From contig CAWFQB010000004.1 of assembly GCA_963817895.1 (NCBI GenBank), forward strand, positions 416,001-480,000: 64,000 bases of DNA, in the 5' to 3' direction. Shown piece by piece: positions 1-10,614 of the stretch (positions within the stretch are counted from its first letter, which is position 1; each line of letters begins with the position of its first letter). Made by a program: the position numbers and the translations under genes. The notes under the pieces are model-generated. The model saw nothing but the letters and a program-made list of their open reading frames with translations, was not told the origin of the DNA and did no database searches. This DNA comes from an uncultured Chthonomonadaceae bacterium (GTDB lineage Bacteria > Armatimonadota > Chthonomonadetes > Chthonomonadales > Chthonomonadaceae).

Positions 1-25
1 TCCTCACTGTCTTTCTGGACAACCT

Positions 26-113
26 CCGGGGAAGGGGTAAGGTGTAAGGGATAAGGGATAAGTAAAATGCTTTCTGCTTACCACTTATCCCTTACACCTT
101 ACCCCTTCCCCGG
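26..113. repeat. Inverted repeat whose arms are tandem 7-mers (GG(G/A)TAAG-type / CTTA(T/C)CC-type)
   Basis: CCGGGGAAGGGGTAAGGTGTAAGGGATAAG (26-55) is the reverse complement of CTTATCCCTTACACCTTACCCCTTCCCCGG (84-113). Confidence 0.9.
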
Positions 114-178
114 CACTATTATGCCCGTCAGCGCGTAGAAAGGGGAGAGTAAATTATTAATTTGTATGTCGTAAGGTC

Positions 179-3100
179 GTGATAATGGTTGTGACGATGG
201 ATGGAACATCCCGCCAACGGGAGCCGATAGAAGATGCCGTGATGGAGGCCGCAATGGATGCCATTGTGATTATGGATCACGAGGGCCGCGTGGCGCGCTG
301 GAACCCGGCAGCCGAACAAATATTCGGCTACACCCGCGAAGAAGCGGTGGGGCATGAAATGGCTTCGCTTATCATTCCGCCCGATCTGCGCGACAGCCAC
401 CGCAACGGGCTTGTCCGCTATCTGGAAACCGGGGAAAATGTGGTTGTCGGCGAGCGGTTCGAGATTACCGCTGTGAGGCGCAACGGCGAAGAGTTTCCCA
501 TTGAACTCTCCATTTCGCGTCTGGAACAGCCCGGAAATCCTCTGTTTGTCGGCTATTTGCGCGACCTGACCGACACCCGGCGCGTACAAACCGAACGGGC
601 GCAGCTTGCGCTCAACAACGACCTGTTGCTCAATTCCACCGTAGAGGGCATTTATGGCGTGGATTCGAACGGCAACTGCACCTTTATCAACAAGGCGGGA
701 GCGCGGCTGCTCGGCTATTGTCCCGACGACCTTATCGGTAAAAATATCCACGAGCTTTCCCACCATCACCGGCTGGATGGCTCGCCCTATCCCGCCGAAA
801 AATGCCCCATATATCAGGCGTTCCGCACCGGTAAATCCTGTCGCCGCGATGATGAGGTTTTCTGGCGGCGCGACGGCAGCAGTTTCCCCGTAGAATACTC
901 GTCCGCGCCCATTATCGTCAGCGGCGAGATTCAGGGCGCGGGCGTGACTTTTACCGATGTCACCAAGCGCAAAAAGGCCGAAGACGACCTGCGCCACAGC
1001 GAAGAGCGTTTCCGTTCCCTGATTGAAGCGACCTCGCAGATCGTCTGGACCAACACGGCGCAGGGCGAAATGCGCGGCGATCAGCCGGACTGGGGCCGGT
1101 ATACCGGCCAGAGATACGCGGAGTATCAGGGCTTTGGCTGGGCGGAGGCCGTTCACCCGGATGACCGCGAACGCTCCATTGCCGAATGGAAGAAGGCGGT
1201 CGAAAGCCGCTCCATCTATCATAATGAGATGCGGGTTCGGCGCAAGGATAGCGCGTATCGCCAGTTCCTCGTGCGCGGCGTACCCGTTCTGGAAACGGAT
1301 GGCAGTATCCGCGAATGGGTCGGGGTTCACATTGACATCACGGAGCGCAAGGCGAGCGAAGAGGAACTGCTGCGGGCCAAAGACGCGGCGGAAGCCGCCA
1401 CACGGGCCAAAAGCGAGTTTCTGGCGACCATGAGCCACGAGATACGCACACCCATGAATGCGGTTATCGGCATGACCGGGCTGCTGCTTGATACCAGCAT
1501 GTCCCCGGAGCAGCAGGAGTACGCCAATATCATACGCGACAGCGGCGATGCCCTGCTGACGATCATCAACGACATTCTGGACTATTCCAAAATTGAAGCC
1601 GGACAACTGGAAGTGGAGCATCGTCCGTTCGATGTGCGCGAGTGCATCGAAACCGCGATGGATCTGCTTGCCACGCGGGCGGCGGAAAAGGGGCTGGAAC
1701 TGGCGTATGTGATCGCGCCGGACGTGCCGACAACTGTTGTGGGCGATGTTACGCGCGTCCGGCAAATTCTGGTCAACCTGCTCAGTAACGCGGTGAAATT
1801 TACGGCAGTCGGCGAAGTGGTTCTCAGATTGTCAGCCAAATCTCTGGATGGATTGCGAAGCGAATTTGAGTTTGCCGTACGGGATACCGGGATCGGCATC
1901 CCCCCCGCGCGCATGGATCGCCTGTTCCGCTCGTTCAGTCAGGTGGACGCTTCCACGACCCGCAAGTACGGCGGAACCGGGCTTGGCCTTGTAATCTGCA
2001 AGCGATTGAGCGAAATGATGAACGGGCATATTCGGGTGGAAAGCGTTCTGGGAGAAGGCTCGACGTTTTTTGTCACCTTGCCCTTCGAGGTATCCTCCGT
2101 AGATGTGAAAACGCCTCTCGAACCCTCGCCGCTTGTGCTGCGGGGCTGCCATGCCCTGATCGTGGACGACAATCAGACCAACCGGCAGATACTGCTGTTA
2201 CAGGCGCAAAGCTGGGGCATGGAAACAACCGAGTGCGCGAGCGGGCGGGAAGCGCTGGAACACATTCGCCGTCAGGAACGCTTCGACCTCGCCATTCTGG
2301 ACATTCAAATGCCGGACATGGATGGCATCACGCTGGCAAAGGAGATACGCCGCGCAGAGGGCGCGGAACTGTTGCCATTAGTCGGGCTGAGTTCGGTGGG
2401 GCCGCGCTTTGCCGAAATCGAGGAGGGCGGTTTCGCGGCCATGCTGACCAAGCCCGTGAAGCAGTCGCAATTGTACAACGTGCTGGCAAATATCCTGTCC
2501 GCGCAGCCTCGCTTGGTTTTGCATCACGAAGCGCCCCTGTATGACCGCGCGCTGGCGCAAAAGTTGCCCCTGCGGATTCTGATGGCCGAAGACCTTGCCG
2601 TGAATCAGAAACTGATGTCGAGTTTGCTGGGCAAGTACGGGTATCGCGCCGACGCGGCGGGGAACGGATTGGAGGTGCTGGCCGCGCTGGAGCGACAATC
2701 CTACGACGTGATTTTAATGGATGTGCAGATGCCCGAAATGGACGGGCTGGAAGCGTCGCGCCTGATCAATCTGCATTACGATGAGGCGAACCGCCCGCGC
2801 ATTGTGGCCCTGACCGCAAACGCGATGCGAGAAGACCAACAAAAGTGCATTGACGCGGGCATGGACGATTACCTTTCCAAGCCGGTGAACCCTGCCGCGC
2901 TACAGGCCGCCCTGACCCGGTGCGGACAGTGGGCGCAGACGCGCAGGGCCGAACGAATGGAAAAAGCAAATGCTTCTCCCGACTCATCCGCCGCCCCTTC
3001 CGATGCTACCGCCGAACCCGGCGCAGACGAAACCATTCTGGCTCCGTCAGACAGCGCGGACGCTTCCGCGCAAATAAATAATGAACCCGTCGCGCCCCCT

Positions 3101-3565
3101 TCGGCAACACCGCCTGATGTGAAATCAATGGAGGAACCCGCCGTGCAAACAGATGCCAGCGTAAGTAACTTAACAGCGAATGTTGCCGTAACGGAGAGTT
3201 CAAACGATAACAACGTTGTTGTGGCAGAGGTGATTGATCCGGCGTTTCTGGAAGATTTGCGCCTGATGCGCGACCTGTTGCCTGAACTGCTGGAAACCCT
3301 CCGCGCCGACGTTATTCCGCGTCTGGAAGCCATGAAGCAGGCTGAAATAGACAACAATCCCGCCGCGCTGGCTTCTGCCGCGCATGGCGTCAAGGGCGTA
3401 TCGGCCAATCTAGGAGGGCGCAAACTGTCAGGATTGTGCGCGGAGCTGGAGAAAAAGGGGCGTTCGGGAGTGGTGGACGGAACCGCCGCCCTGATGCCGC
3501 AGATTGAGGCGGAGTTCGAAAAGTTGTGCCGCGCGCTGCTGATCGTCGCGGAAGAGCCGGAATGA
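179..3565 (+). CDS. Hybrid sensor histidine kinase: 3x PAS - HisKA - HATPase - 2x REC - Hpt
   Basis: PAS repeats; [15 protein letters not shown]-box; [23 protein letters not shown]; two receiver domains ([20 protein letters not shown]); Hpt [12 protein letters not shown]. The true start may be ATG 185 or 197. Confidence 0.95.
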   Translation: MIMVVTMDGTSRQREPIEDAVMEAAMDAIVIMDHEGRVARWNPAAEQIFGYTREEAVGHEMASLIIPPDLRDSHRNGLVRYLETGENVVVGERFEITAVRRNGEEFPIELSISRLEQPGNPLFVGYLRDLTDTRRVQTERAQLALNNDLLLNSTVEGIYGVDSNGNCTFINKAGARLLGYCPDDLIGKNIHELSHHHRLDGSPYPAEKCPIYQAFRTGKSCRRDDEVFWRRDGSSFPVEYSSAPIIVSGEIQGAGVTFTDVTKRKKAEDDLRHSEERFRSLIEATSQIVWTNTAQGEMRGDQPDWGRYTGQRYAEYQGFGWAEAVHPDDRERSIAEWKKAVESRSIYHNEMRVRRKDSAYRQFLVRGVPVLETDGSIREWVGVHIDITERKASEEELLRAKDAAEAATRAKSEFLATMSHEIRTPMNAVIGMTGLLLDTSMSPEQQEYANIIRDSGDALLTIINDILDYSKIEAGQLEVEHRPFDVRECIETAMDLLATRAAEKGLELAYVIAPDVPTTVVGDVTRVRQILVNLLSNAVKFTAVGEVVLRLSAKSLDGLRSEFEFAVRDTGIGIPPARMDRLFRSFSQVDASTTRKYGGTGLGLVICKRLSEMMNGHIRVESVLGEGSTFFVTLPFEVSSVDVKTPLEPSPLVLRGCHALIVDDNQTNRQILLLQAQSWGMETTECASGREALEHIRRQERFDLAILDIQMPDMDGITLAKEIRRAEGAELLPLVGLSSVGPRFAEIEEGGFAAMLTKPVKQSQLYNVLANILSAQPRLVLHHEAPLYDRALAQKLPLRILMAEDLAVNQKLMSSLLGKYGYRADAAGNGLEVLAALERQSYDVILMDVQMPEMDGLEASRLINLHYDEANRPRIVALTANAMREDQQKCIDAGMDDYLSKPVNPAALQAALTRCGQWAQTRRAERMEKANASPDSSAAPSDATAEPGADETILAPSDSADASAQINNEPVAPPSATPPDVKSMEEPAVQTDASVSNLTANVAVTESSNDNNVVVAEVIDPAFLEDLRLMRDLLPELLETLRADVIPRLEAMKQAEIDNNPAALASAAHGVKGVSANLGGRKLSGLCAELEKKGRSGVVDGTAALMPQIEAEFEKLCRALLIVAEEPE

Positions 3566-4830
3566 GCGATACGATGCCCGATGAAAGCGATTTGACGTTT
3601 GCGGCAAGCGCGGAGGGTTCTTCCGTGCCGGTTCCTTTATCCACGTCCCTGCCGACGGTTACGCCCCGCAGCGGTCTGGGATTGCCGGCGCGGGCAAGCC
3701 ATGTCCTGATTGTAGACGACCTTGCCACGATTCGGCTGATGCTGGCGCGGCAGGTGCGCGAACTGGGGCATCAGGTGACGATGGTAGGGGATGGCCGCGC
3801 CGCGCTGGAACAGCTACAGGCGCAATCGTTCGATCTGGTCTTGCTGGACATGATGATGCCGGAAATGGACGGGTACGCCGTTCTGGAGCAGATCAAGCAG
3901 AACCCGTGTATGCGCGAAATTCCTGTTGTGATGATTTCCGGCGTGGATGATTTGAAACTGGTTACGCGCTGCATCGAAATCGGGGCCGAAGACTATTTGA
4001 CCAAGCCGTTCGAGCCGGCCCTGCTGCGGGCGCGTATCCGCGCCTGTCTGGACAAAAAGCAGCTGTGGGACGAGCTGGAAAGCCGTTATTCGCAACTGAA
4101 AGAGCTGGAGCAGCTGCGCGACAGTCTGACGTACATGATCGTGCATGACCTGCGCACTCCGCTGACCTCGCTGCTCACCGGCCTGCAAACGCTGGAAGCG
4201 GTTAGCGACGATATGGACGCGATGCAGGCCGAACTGCTGGAAATGAGCGTGGAGGGCGGCAATACCCTGCTCGGCATGATCAACGACCTGCTGGATGTGA
4301 GCAAAATGGAGGATGGTTCGCTCACGCTGGAACAGAGCGAAATCGCGCCGGACGCGCTGATACAGGAAGCATTGAAGCAGGTGAAGGCGCTGGTGCAGCT
4401 GAAACATCTCCACATTCATCAGGAAATCGCGCCCGGTCTGCCGATTTTACGGGCCGATGCGGAAAAACTGCGCCGCGTTCTGGTCAATCTCGTCAGCAAC
4501 GCCATCAAGTTCACGCCCGAAGGCGGGGACGTGACGCTTTCCGTTCGGCTGGAAGCGGGCGGAAACGGCCTGCTGTTTACCGTGCGGGATACGGGCGAAG
4601 GGATTCCCCGGGAAGCGTTCGGGCGCATTTTTGAAAAATTCGGGCAGGTGGAATCCCGCAAGGCCGGACGCAAAATGTCAACAGGGCTGGGCCTGACGTT
4701 CTGCAAAATGGTCGTGGAAGCGCACGGCGGCAGAATATGGGTGGAAAGCGAACTTGGGCAGGGCAGCGAGTTCCTGTTCACCATTCCCGCCCGAAGCGCC
4801 ATTGCGCATGTTCAGGCGCTTGCGGCCTGA
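3562..4830 (+). CDS. REC-HisKA-HATPase hybrid response regulator/kinase
   Basis: ATGA overlap with upstream stop; LDMMMPEMDG receiver, VHDLRTPL H-box, NAIKFT, STGLGL. Confidence 0.92.
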   Translation: MSDTMPDESDLTFAASAEGSSVPVPLSTSLPTVTPRSGLGLPARASHVLIVDDLATIRLMLARQVRELGHQVTMVGDGRAALEQLQAQSFDLVLLDMMMPEMDGYAVLEQIKQNPCMREIPVVMISGVDDLKLVTRCIEIGAEDYLTKPFEPALLRARIRACLDKKQLWDELESRYSQLKELEQLRDSLTYMIVHDLRTPLTSLLTGLQTLEAVSDDMDAMQAELLEMSVEGGNTLLGMINDLLDVSKMEDGSLTLEQSEIAPDALIQEALKQVKALVQLKHLHIHQEIAPGLPILRADAEKLRRVLVNLVSNAIKFTPEGGDVTLSVRLEAGGNGLLFTVRDTGEGIPREAFGRIFEKFGQVESRKAGRKMSTGLGLTFCKMVVEAHGGRIWVESELGQGSEFLFTIPARSAIAHVQALAA

Positions 4831-4865
4831 ACTGCATCGCCCAACCTTTGCCCCTGTGCAGGGTT

Positions 4866-4891
4866 GGGCAAACACAGGGGTTTGCCCCTGC
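4866..4891. repeat. REP-like palindrome GGGCAAACACAGGGGTTTGCCCCT(G/A)C
   Basis: Hairpin between convergent genes; near-identical copy at 33602-33627. Confidence 0.75.
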
Positions 4892-4899
4892 TCGAATCC

Positions 4900-5793
4900 T
4901 TATATGTCGCAAATTTGAATGGCCTGCCGCAGCGAGGTCATGGGGTCGCGCGTTGGCAGAAACTCATGGGCCACAATGCCGCGATACCCGCTCTCGGCAA
5001 TGGTTCGGCACACGCGGGCGTAATTCAATTCCTGCGTTTCGTCTATCTCGTGCCGCCCCGGAACGCCGCCCGTATGGAAATGCCCGATAAAAGCGATGTT
5101 GTCGCGAATCGTCGCGCACACATCCCCGTCCATGATCTGCGCATGGTAGATGTCGTACAGCAGTTTGACCCGTTCTGAACCCACACGTTTGCACATCTCC
5201 ACGCCCCAGGCCGTGTGGTCACACTGGTAATCCTTATGGTCATGCCTGCTGTTAAGCAGTTCCAGGCAGACGGTTACGTGGTTCTGTTCAGCGGTTTTGG
5301 CGATGCGTTTCAGCCCCGCCACGCAGTTTTGTAATCCCTGCTCATCGGAAATGCCTTTGCGGTTGCCGGAAAAAGTAATCACGTTATTCCAGCCGGCCCC
5401 GGCCACTTTGGGAATGATCTGCTCCGCTTCCGCAACCAGACGGTCATGGTTTTCCACTCGGTTCCAGCCGTCCGGGATGCTACCGATACCATAGGCCATG
5501 CTGCAAATGAGGCCATGACTTTTCACCGTTTCCCACTCGTTCTCATGCAGCAGGTCAATGCCGACCAATCCCATTACTTTGGCCTGTCGGCATAGCTCGT
5601 CGAGCGGCATTTTTCCATAGCACCAGCGGCAGACGGATTGCCGGATACGCCCTTTGAGCGGTTTGGCGGGTTCTGCCGCAGGGTTTGCCTGCCCCGCCTG
5701 TACGCCACTCGTTATCAGCGTTCCCACCGCGCCCATTGCCAGCGAAATCGCCGCGCGGCGACTCATAGCGGTTTTGTCATTTTTCTGATTCAT
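4900..5793 (-). CDS. Hydroxypyruvate isomerase-like (Hyi/AP-endonuclease-2 TIM barrel) protein with Tat-like signal
   Basis: N-terminal SRRAAI; ELLNS..DH..Y, KLLYDIYHAQIMDG, HFHTGGVPGRHE motifs. Confidence 0.85.
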   Translation of the reverse strand: MNQKNDKTAMSRRAAISLAMGAVGTLITSGVQAGQANPAAEPAKPLKGRIRQSVCRWCYGKMPLDELCRQAKVMGLVGIDLLHENEWETVKSHGLICSMAYGIGSIPDGWNRVENHDRLVAEAEQIIPKVAGAGWNNVITFSGNRKGISDEQGLQNCVAGLKRIAKTAEQNHVTVCLELLNSRHDHKDYQCDHTAWGVEMCKRVGSERVKLLYDIYHAQIMDGDVCATIRDNIAFIGHFHTGGVPGRHEIDETQELNYARVCRTIAESGYRGIVAHEFLPTRDPMTSLRQAIQICDI

Positions 5794-7328
5794 ATTTGTT
5801 CTCCTGCCGGTTGGCTTGCTGCGGGAAGGTGGACGTAAAACGCGGTTCCCACTCCGGGTTCGCTTTCAACCGTGATGGTTCCGCCGTGCGCCTGCGCGAT
5901 GGCCTGCGCGATTGCCAGTCCCAGCCCCGCGCCGCCCGAAGCGCGGGTTCGAGAAAGGTCCGCGCGATAAAACCGATGGAAAATACGGGCGGCATCGTCG
6001 GGCGATAGCCCCGGTCCATGATCGCGCGCTTCCAACCGGCACTCCTGCCCCTGCCGCCGCGTGGCGATTTCTACGGTGGACCCGGCAGGCGCGTATTTGA
6101 GGGCGTTGTCCAGCAGATTGTCAATGACCTGCCGCAGCCGGTCCGTGTCGCCGTAAATGGGAGTCGGGTGGGGCGTGGAAATCTGAATCTCGACGCCGTT
6201 TTGCTCGGCGCGGACGCGATACGCCTGCGCGGAAGCGCGCGCAATCCCGCCTAAATCAGCCGCCTGCCGATTCAGGGGAAACTGCCCCGCATCCGCCCGC
6301 GACAGGGTCAGCAAATCTTCCACCAGGCGCGACAGGCGTTGAATTTCGGAAAGCGCGACCGACAGGGTTTCGCGGTAATCTTCCGGGGCGCGCGGGCGGC
6401 GAAGCGCGACCTCGACGGTTCCATATAAATTCGACAGGGGCGAACGCAGTTCATGGGAGGCGTCCGCCGCAAACCGTTGCTGCGCGATAACAAACGCCTG
6501 CTGCTGCGTAAACGCGGTTTCCAGACGCGCCAGCATCTCATTCAGCACTTCGGTCACGTCGCGCAGTTCGGCATCCTGCGACACTTCGGGGATGCGCGCG
6601 TGAAGATTGCCTTCGCCGACGTTGTGGGCGAAGGCGGCAATTTCGGCAAGCGGGCGGGTCAGACGCACCGACAGGCGGAACGAAGCAATGGCAAAGCCCA
6701 TCCCGCCAATCGCCAGCGAACCGCACAACAGCGCGGTGAGCGAACGCAGACTGCCGACAATCGGCTCTTCCGAAACGGCGACAATTGCTACCATGCGCAA
6801 ATGGCGCGAATTCACGAAAGGATAATACAGGCAGCGTACCGGCTTCGCGCCGGGTAACACGTCCTCAAAAAAGAGAGTGTCCGTCTGCTTTCGCGCTTTT
6901 CGCAGTTTGTCCGGGTTCCAGAACGGCGGGCGCGGCAGGTTTGCCGTATGCGCGAGAACCCGCCCCTGAGCATCCATGATGGTGGCGTAGGTGTCCAGCG
7001 TGGAACCGGGCGGCATGGGAAACAGGAGCCTACTGCCGCCCGGCGTGGGCAGAATGTCGCCGACCGTGCTGGCTACCGACGCGGCTTCGGCCTGCGCGAT
7101 GCTCCGTAAAGCGGCGTCCAGATTGTTCTGAAACATGCTGCGCCGCCCCAAAAACACGATCACATCCACCAGCGCCAGTATCGTCAGCGCCAGCAGGGTC
7201 ATGACCAGGGTGATACGCGCCCGAAACGTGGCGGGGCGCAGCCGTCCCAATCCCTGCGCCTGTCCTGCCATTGCGCTGTTGTCGCGTGAGTTCCGGTTCA
7301 TGCTGCCCTTGCTCAATTTAGGGTTCAT
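5790..7328 (-). CDS. Two-component sensor histidine kinase (2 TM, HAMP)
   Basis: FAADASHELRSPL, NLLDNALKY, GGAGLGL; start uncertain. Confidence 0.92.
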   Translation of the reverse strand: MNPKLSKGSMNRNSRDNSAMAGQAQGLGRLRPATFRARITLVMTLLALTILALVDVIVFLGRRSMFQNNLDAALRSIAQAEAASVASTVGDILPTPGGSRLLFPMPPGSTLDTYATIMDAQGRVLAHTANLPRPPFWNPDKLRKARKQTDTLFFEDVLPGAKPVRCLYYPFVNSRHLRMVAIVAVSEEPIVGSLRSLTALLCGSLAIGGMGFAIASFRLSVRLTRPLAEIAAFAHNVGEGNLHARIPEVSQDAELRDVTEVLNEMLARLETAFTQQQAFVIAQQRFAADASHELRSPLSNLYGTVEVALRRPRAPEDYRETLSVALSEIQRLSRLVEDLLTLSRADAGQFPLNRQAADLGGIARASAQAYRVRAEQNGVEIQISTPHPTPIYGDTDRLRQVIDNLLDNALKYAPAGSTVEIATRRQGQECRLEARDHGPGLSPDDAARIFHRFYRADLSRTRASGGAGLGLAIAQAIAQAHGGTITVESEPGVGTAFYVHLPAASQPAGEQI

Positions 7329-8016
7329 CCACTTTACTTTCCGGCGCGTTCGGCGCGTTCAGCATGTACCCGGCCCCGCGCACGGTTTCGATGATGGTGG
7401 GCGAACGTCCCAGTTTGTTGCGCAGGTAGCGCACGTACACATCTACCACATTGGAATCCGGCTCTTCATCCCCGTTCCAAACATGCGCCCATATATCGGC
7501 GCGGGTGACGACCTTGCCGGCATTGAGCGCGAAGTATTCCAGCAGGCGGTACTCCCGCGCCGTGAAGGGAACCACTTCACCGCCCCGCGTCACGCGCCGC
7601 CGTTCCGTGTCGAGTTCAAGATCGGCGGCGCGCAGGCGGGTATGGGGCGTGGGAGAGCCGCCCCGCCGCAGCACGGCGTGAACGCGGGCCAGCAGTTCGT
7701 CAAAGGCGAACGGCTTTACCAGATAGTCGTCGCCGCCCAGATTCAGGCCGTGAACGCGGTCGGTAATACTATCAAGGGCGGTCAAAAACAGAATCGGCGT
7801 GGTAATCCCACTGTTGCGCCAGCGCAGGCAAAGGTCAAAGCCACTGCCCCCCGGCAGCATCACATCAAGCAGTATCACATCGTAACAGGCCATCTCTACA
7901 GCCTCTTCAGCGGCGGGAATACTGGCTGCGACATCAACGGCAAAGCCCTCTTCGCTCATCCCAAGCCGCAGATACGCAGCCGTGGGCGCTTCATCCTCCA
8001 CAATCAACAATTTCAT
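7318..8016 (-). CDS. OmpR/PhoB-family response regulator
   Basis: MKLLIVEDE, LDVMLPG, DDYLVKPF, SNVVDVYVRYLRNKL, ETVRGAGY. Confidence 0.95.
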   Translation of the reverse strand: MKLLIVEDEAPTAAYLRLGMSEEGFAVDVAASIPAAEEAVEMACYDVILLDVMLPGGSGFDLCLRWRNSGITTPILFLTALDSITDRVHGLNLGGDDYLVKPFAFDELLARVHAVLRRGGSPTPHTRLRAADLELDTERRRVTRGGEVVPFTAREYRLLEYFALNAGKVVTRADIWAHVWNGDEEPDSNVVDVYVRYLRNKLGRSPTIIETVRGAGYMLNAPNAPESKVDEP

Positions 8017-8179
8017 GAGTATGGCTTCCTGGCAATAGATATTTCAAATGCAGAACCATGTTCAAGCAAAGGCCTGTTGCTTCCTCCTGCAAACGCGAGA
8101 ATAAATGCGCTCAGTCTTTTTTCAGGCAGGAAGTGGAGGCGTCAACGGTTAAATAGCCCTTCACAGGAGAACATAGACA

Positions 8180-9245
8180 ATGCGATTACATTTTGCGCCC
8201 TTTGTGGCGTTGTTTGGATTGGTGGCGTTATCGGGGTGCGGCAAGGAGCAGACGGAAACCACCACTGCCGCAACCGCGCCGAAAACGACGGCTGCCGCTC
8301 CCAATTCTAACGGACAGAATGGCGAGGCCGCTAAACCCGCCGCGCAGGCGATTTCTACAGAGGAACTGGACGGGGTGACGAGCGCGAAAGACCCGTATAA
8401 GATTGTGCTGATCGTGAAAACGCGCAACAATCCGTTTTTCAAGCCGATGATTGCCGCGTTTGAGGAGGCGGCGACGAAGTCTGGGCGTAAAGGGGGAAGT
8501 GCAGGCCGCTTCCGATGAAACCAGCGTGGAGCAGCAGGTAAGCCTGGTGCAAACGGAAGTGAACAACGGCGTCAAAGCGATTCTGATTACTCCGGCGGAC
8601 AGCAAAGCGCTCGTCCCCGCCCTGAAAGCCGCGCAGGACAAGGGCGTTCTCATCATCAACCTTGACAACCGGCTCGACCCCGAAACCGCAAAGGCGCAGG
8701 GATTAGAAACGGGCGGCTATGTGGGCGCGGACAACGAGGAGGGCGGCAAACTGGCCGGCGAGGAGATGCTGGCGGCAACGGGCGGCAAAGGGAAAATCGC
8801 CATTCTGGAGGGCATCCGGGGCGTGGACAACGCCGAGGCCCGCAAGCGCGGCTTTCTGGGCGCGATCACGTCCAACATGGATATGAAGGTGGTGGCGACG
8901 GAAACCGCGAACTGGAAGACCGAAGAGGCGTATGCCAAAACGCAAACCATCCTGAAAACCGATCCCGATCTGGCGGGCATCTTCTGCGCCAACGACAACA
9001 TGGCTATCGGCGCGCTGAAAGCTATTTCTGAAGCGGGCAAAAAGGGACAAATCAAAGTCGTTGGCTACGACAACATTCCCGACGTGAAAGACGCGCTGGC
9101 ATCCGGCGACATGACGGCCACGGTTGAGCAGCATCCCGATTTGATGGGCCGGTACGGCCTGAAACTCGCGGTGGGCATCCTCAATGGCGCGGTTCAAAAG
9201 GGCGGCGACCTGCTTGTGCATCTGGACACAGTGAAGCAGCCGTGA
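8180..9245 (+). CDS. RbsB-like sugar ABC transporter substrate-binding lipoprotein; one frameshift near 8478 (probable sequencing error)
   Basis: Lipobox LSGC and KTRNNPFF in frame 8180; remainder (VGADNEEGG, IFCANDNMAIGA, VVGYD) in frame 8451. Confidence 0.85.
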
Positions 9246-9275
9246 GGAAGATAGTAGATAGTAGATATTAGATAT

Positions 9276-10341
9276 TAGATACTCCGACAAATAGTATATA
9301 GGCTGTTTTGAGGCAGGCTAGCGCTCAGGTGGAGCAGACACACTCCACCCGTCGAAAACCCTTTTTCCGCGTTTACTTTTCCCGGCTTACGCGCCTTGCG
9401 GCTCGCGTGTCAGCGCGATCAATTGCACCAGACCCACCACACAGAAGCAAGTGCGACGGAACAATCCCGTCGCCAGACGATATTCATCACGCACCATCCG
9501 AAACGCTTTGACGCGCCGGATACTATGTTCGACACGCACACGCCCTGAGGAAAAGGCGCGGTTCTCTTCTTTCTGCACAGCGCTCAACGCGCCTCCGCGT
9601 GGCTTCTTGTGCGGCACTTCGCTGTGGGGTAAGCCTTGATAGGCCAGATCGCCTTTGACCGTCGCATGGGGAAACTGCTTGGCAACCGTACTCTGCTCAT
9701 GCACTTTCTTGTCCGACTTCGGGCCGCGATAGCCCGCATCCACATCAAGAATGTCGCCATTGCGGTTGGTGATGACCTCGGTCTTGAGCGTGTGGTCTTT
9801 CTTCTTGCCCGAGTAGAAGGCGCGTTGCTTGGGTTCAATCGAGGGACGCGGAACCGGCGTCTCGAAACTATCCACAATCACCTGATCCACCTCCTCGGGC
9901 TTCCAGGAGGGTTCTTTCTTGGTCCAGCGTTTCTCCGCTTCCCAGCGGTTGGCCGGACACACGTCTTTGAGGACGCCGACAATCTCATGGAAGGTGTTCT
10001 CCGCCACATCGGCGCTGACGCCAAACAGCATGCCCACCACAGAGAAGGCGACGTTGTGGCGCAGGTACAGCAGCGTCAGCAACACTTCCTGGTAGGGCTT
10101 GAGCAGGCGTTTGCGGCCGCCTCCCACCTTGCGGCGGCGCGTGGGCTTGTTGGCCTGTTCTTGTTGGCGACGGCGCTCGATTTCGGGAAGCGCTGCCAGG
10201 AAGAGTTCAGCTAAGGCGGCGTGGGGTAGTCCGAAGAGCGAACGGACTTTGTTTTCGGGATAGCGGCCAAGTTCGTGAAGGTTCATACGTCTATTCTACC
10301 CGCGCCAAGAATAAATCCAAACTTATTTGTCGGAGTATCTA
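9276..10341 (-). mobile_element. IS5-family-like insertion sequence
   Basis: Perfect 18-bp terminal IR TAGATACTCCGACAAATA (9276-9293) / TATTTGTCGGAGTATCTA (10324-10341) around a transposase; the outer TA may be the target duplication. Confidence 0.9.
9387..10286 (-). CDS. Transposase (HTH + DDE_Tnp_4-like, IS5 family)
   Basis: GGGRK..L, LLYLRH, IVDSFE, YSGKKKDHTLK, GDLAYQG, RVRVEHSI. Confidence 0.9.
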   Translation of the reverse strand: MNLHELGRYPENKVRSLFGLPHAALAELFLAALPEIERRRQQEQANKPTRRRKVGGGRKRLLKPYQEVLLTLLYLRHNVAFSVVGMLFGVSADVAENTFHEIVGVLKDVCPANRWEAEKRWTKKEPSWKPEEVDQVIVDSFETPVPRPSIEPKQRAFYSGKKKDHTLKTEVITNRNGDILDVDAGYRGPKSDKKVHEQSTVAKQFPHATVKGDLAYQGLPHSEVPHKKPRGGALSAVQKEENRAFSSGRVRVEHSIRRVKAFRMVRDEYRLATGLFRRTCFCVVGLVQLIALTREPQGA

Positions 10342-10362
10342 TTAGGATGGAAGGAGAAAAAT

Positions 10363-10390
10363 CCCCTGCTTTCCCTTGAAAAAGCAGGGG
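10363..10390. terminator. Hairpin, possible terminator
   Basis: CCCCTGCTTT...AAAGCAGGGG stem with an adjacent A-run (U-tail on the minus strand). Confidence 0.5.
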
Positions 10391-10504
10391 CGCAAGGATT
10401 TTGCTTCTATGTCGTTTTGTTGTTTTCAGTATACTACAAAATAGTTGGTCAATAGCCAATGTGACATGAAATTTGCCTGTTTATATTGAACGGCGATGTA
10501 TTGA

Positions 10505-10536
10505 ACGGCCTGCGGTCTTTGAAGACCGCAGGCCGT
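10505..10536. terminator. Strong hairpin downstream of the PEP-CTERM gene
   Basis: ACGGCCTGCGGTCTT-TG-AAGACCGCAGGCCGT perfect 15-bp stem. Confidence 0.6.
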
Positions 10537-10614
10537 CAGCATTGGCAGGTTTATTCTCTCTGTATTCTGTGAAAGGTAGCGGCAAGTGGAACAGGAGAAT
10601 AGCGGATAGCCTGA

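Noticed and set aside
128..1765. 545-aa minus-strand ORF, and similar long antisense ORFs such as 7135..8310, 16018..17127, 17097..18551 and 42988..43992
   Set aside because: Shadow ORFs opposite well-supported genes in GC-rich DNA; no recognisable motifs.
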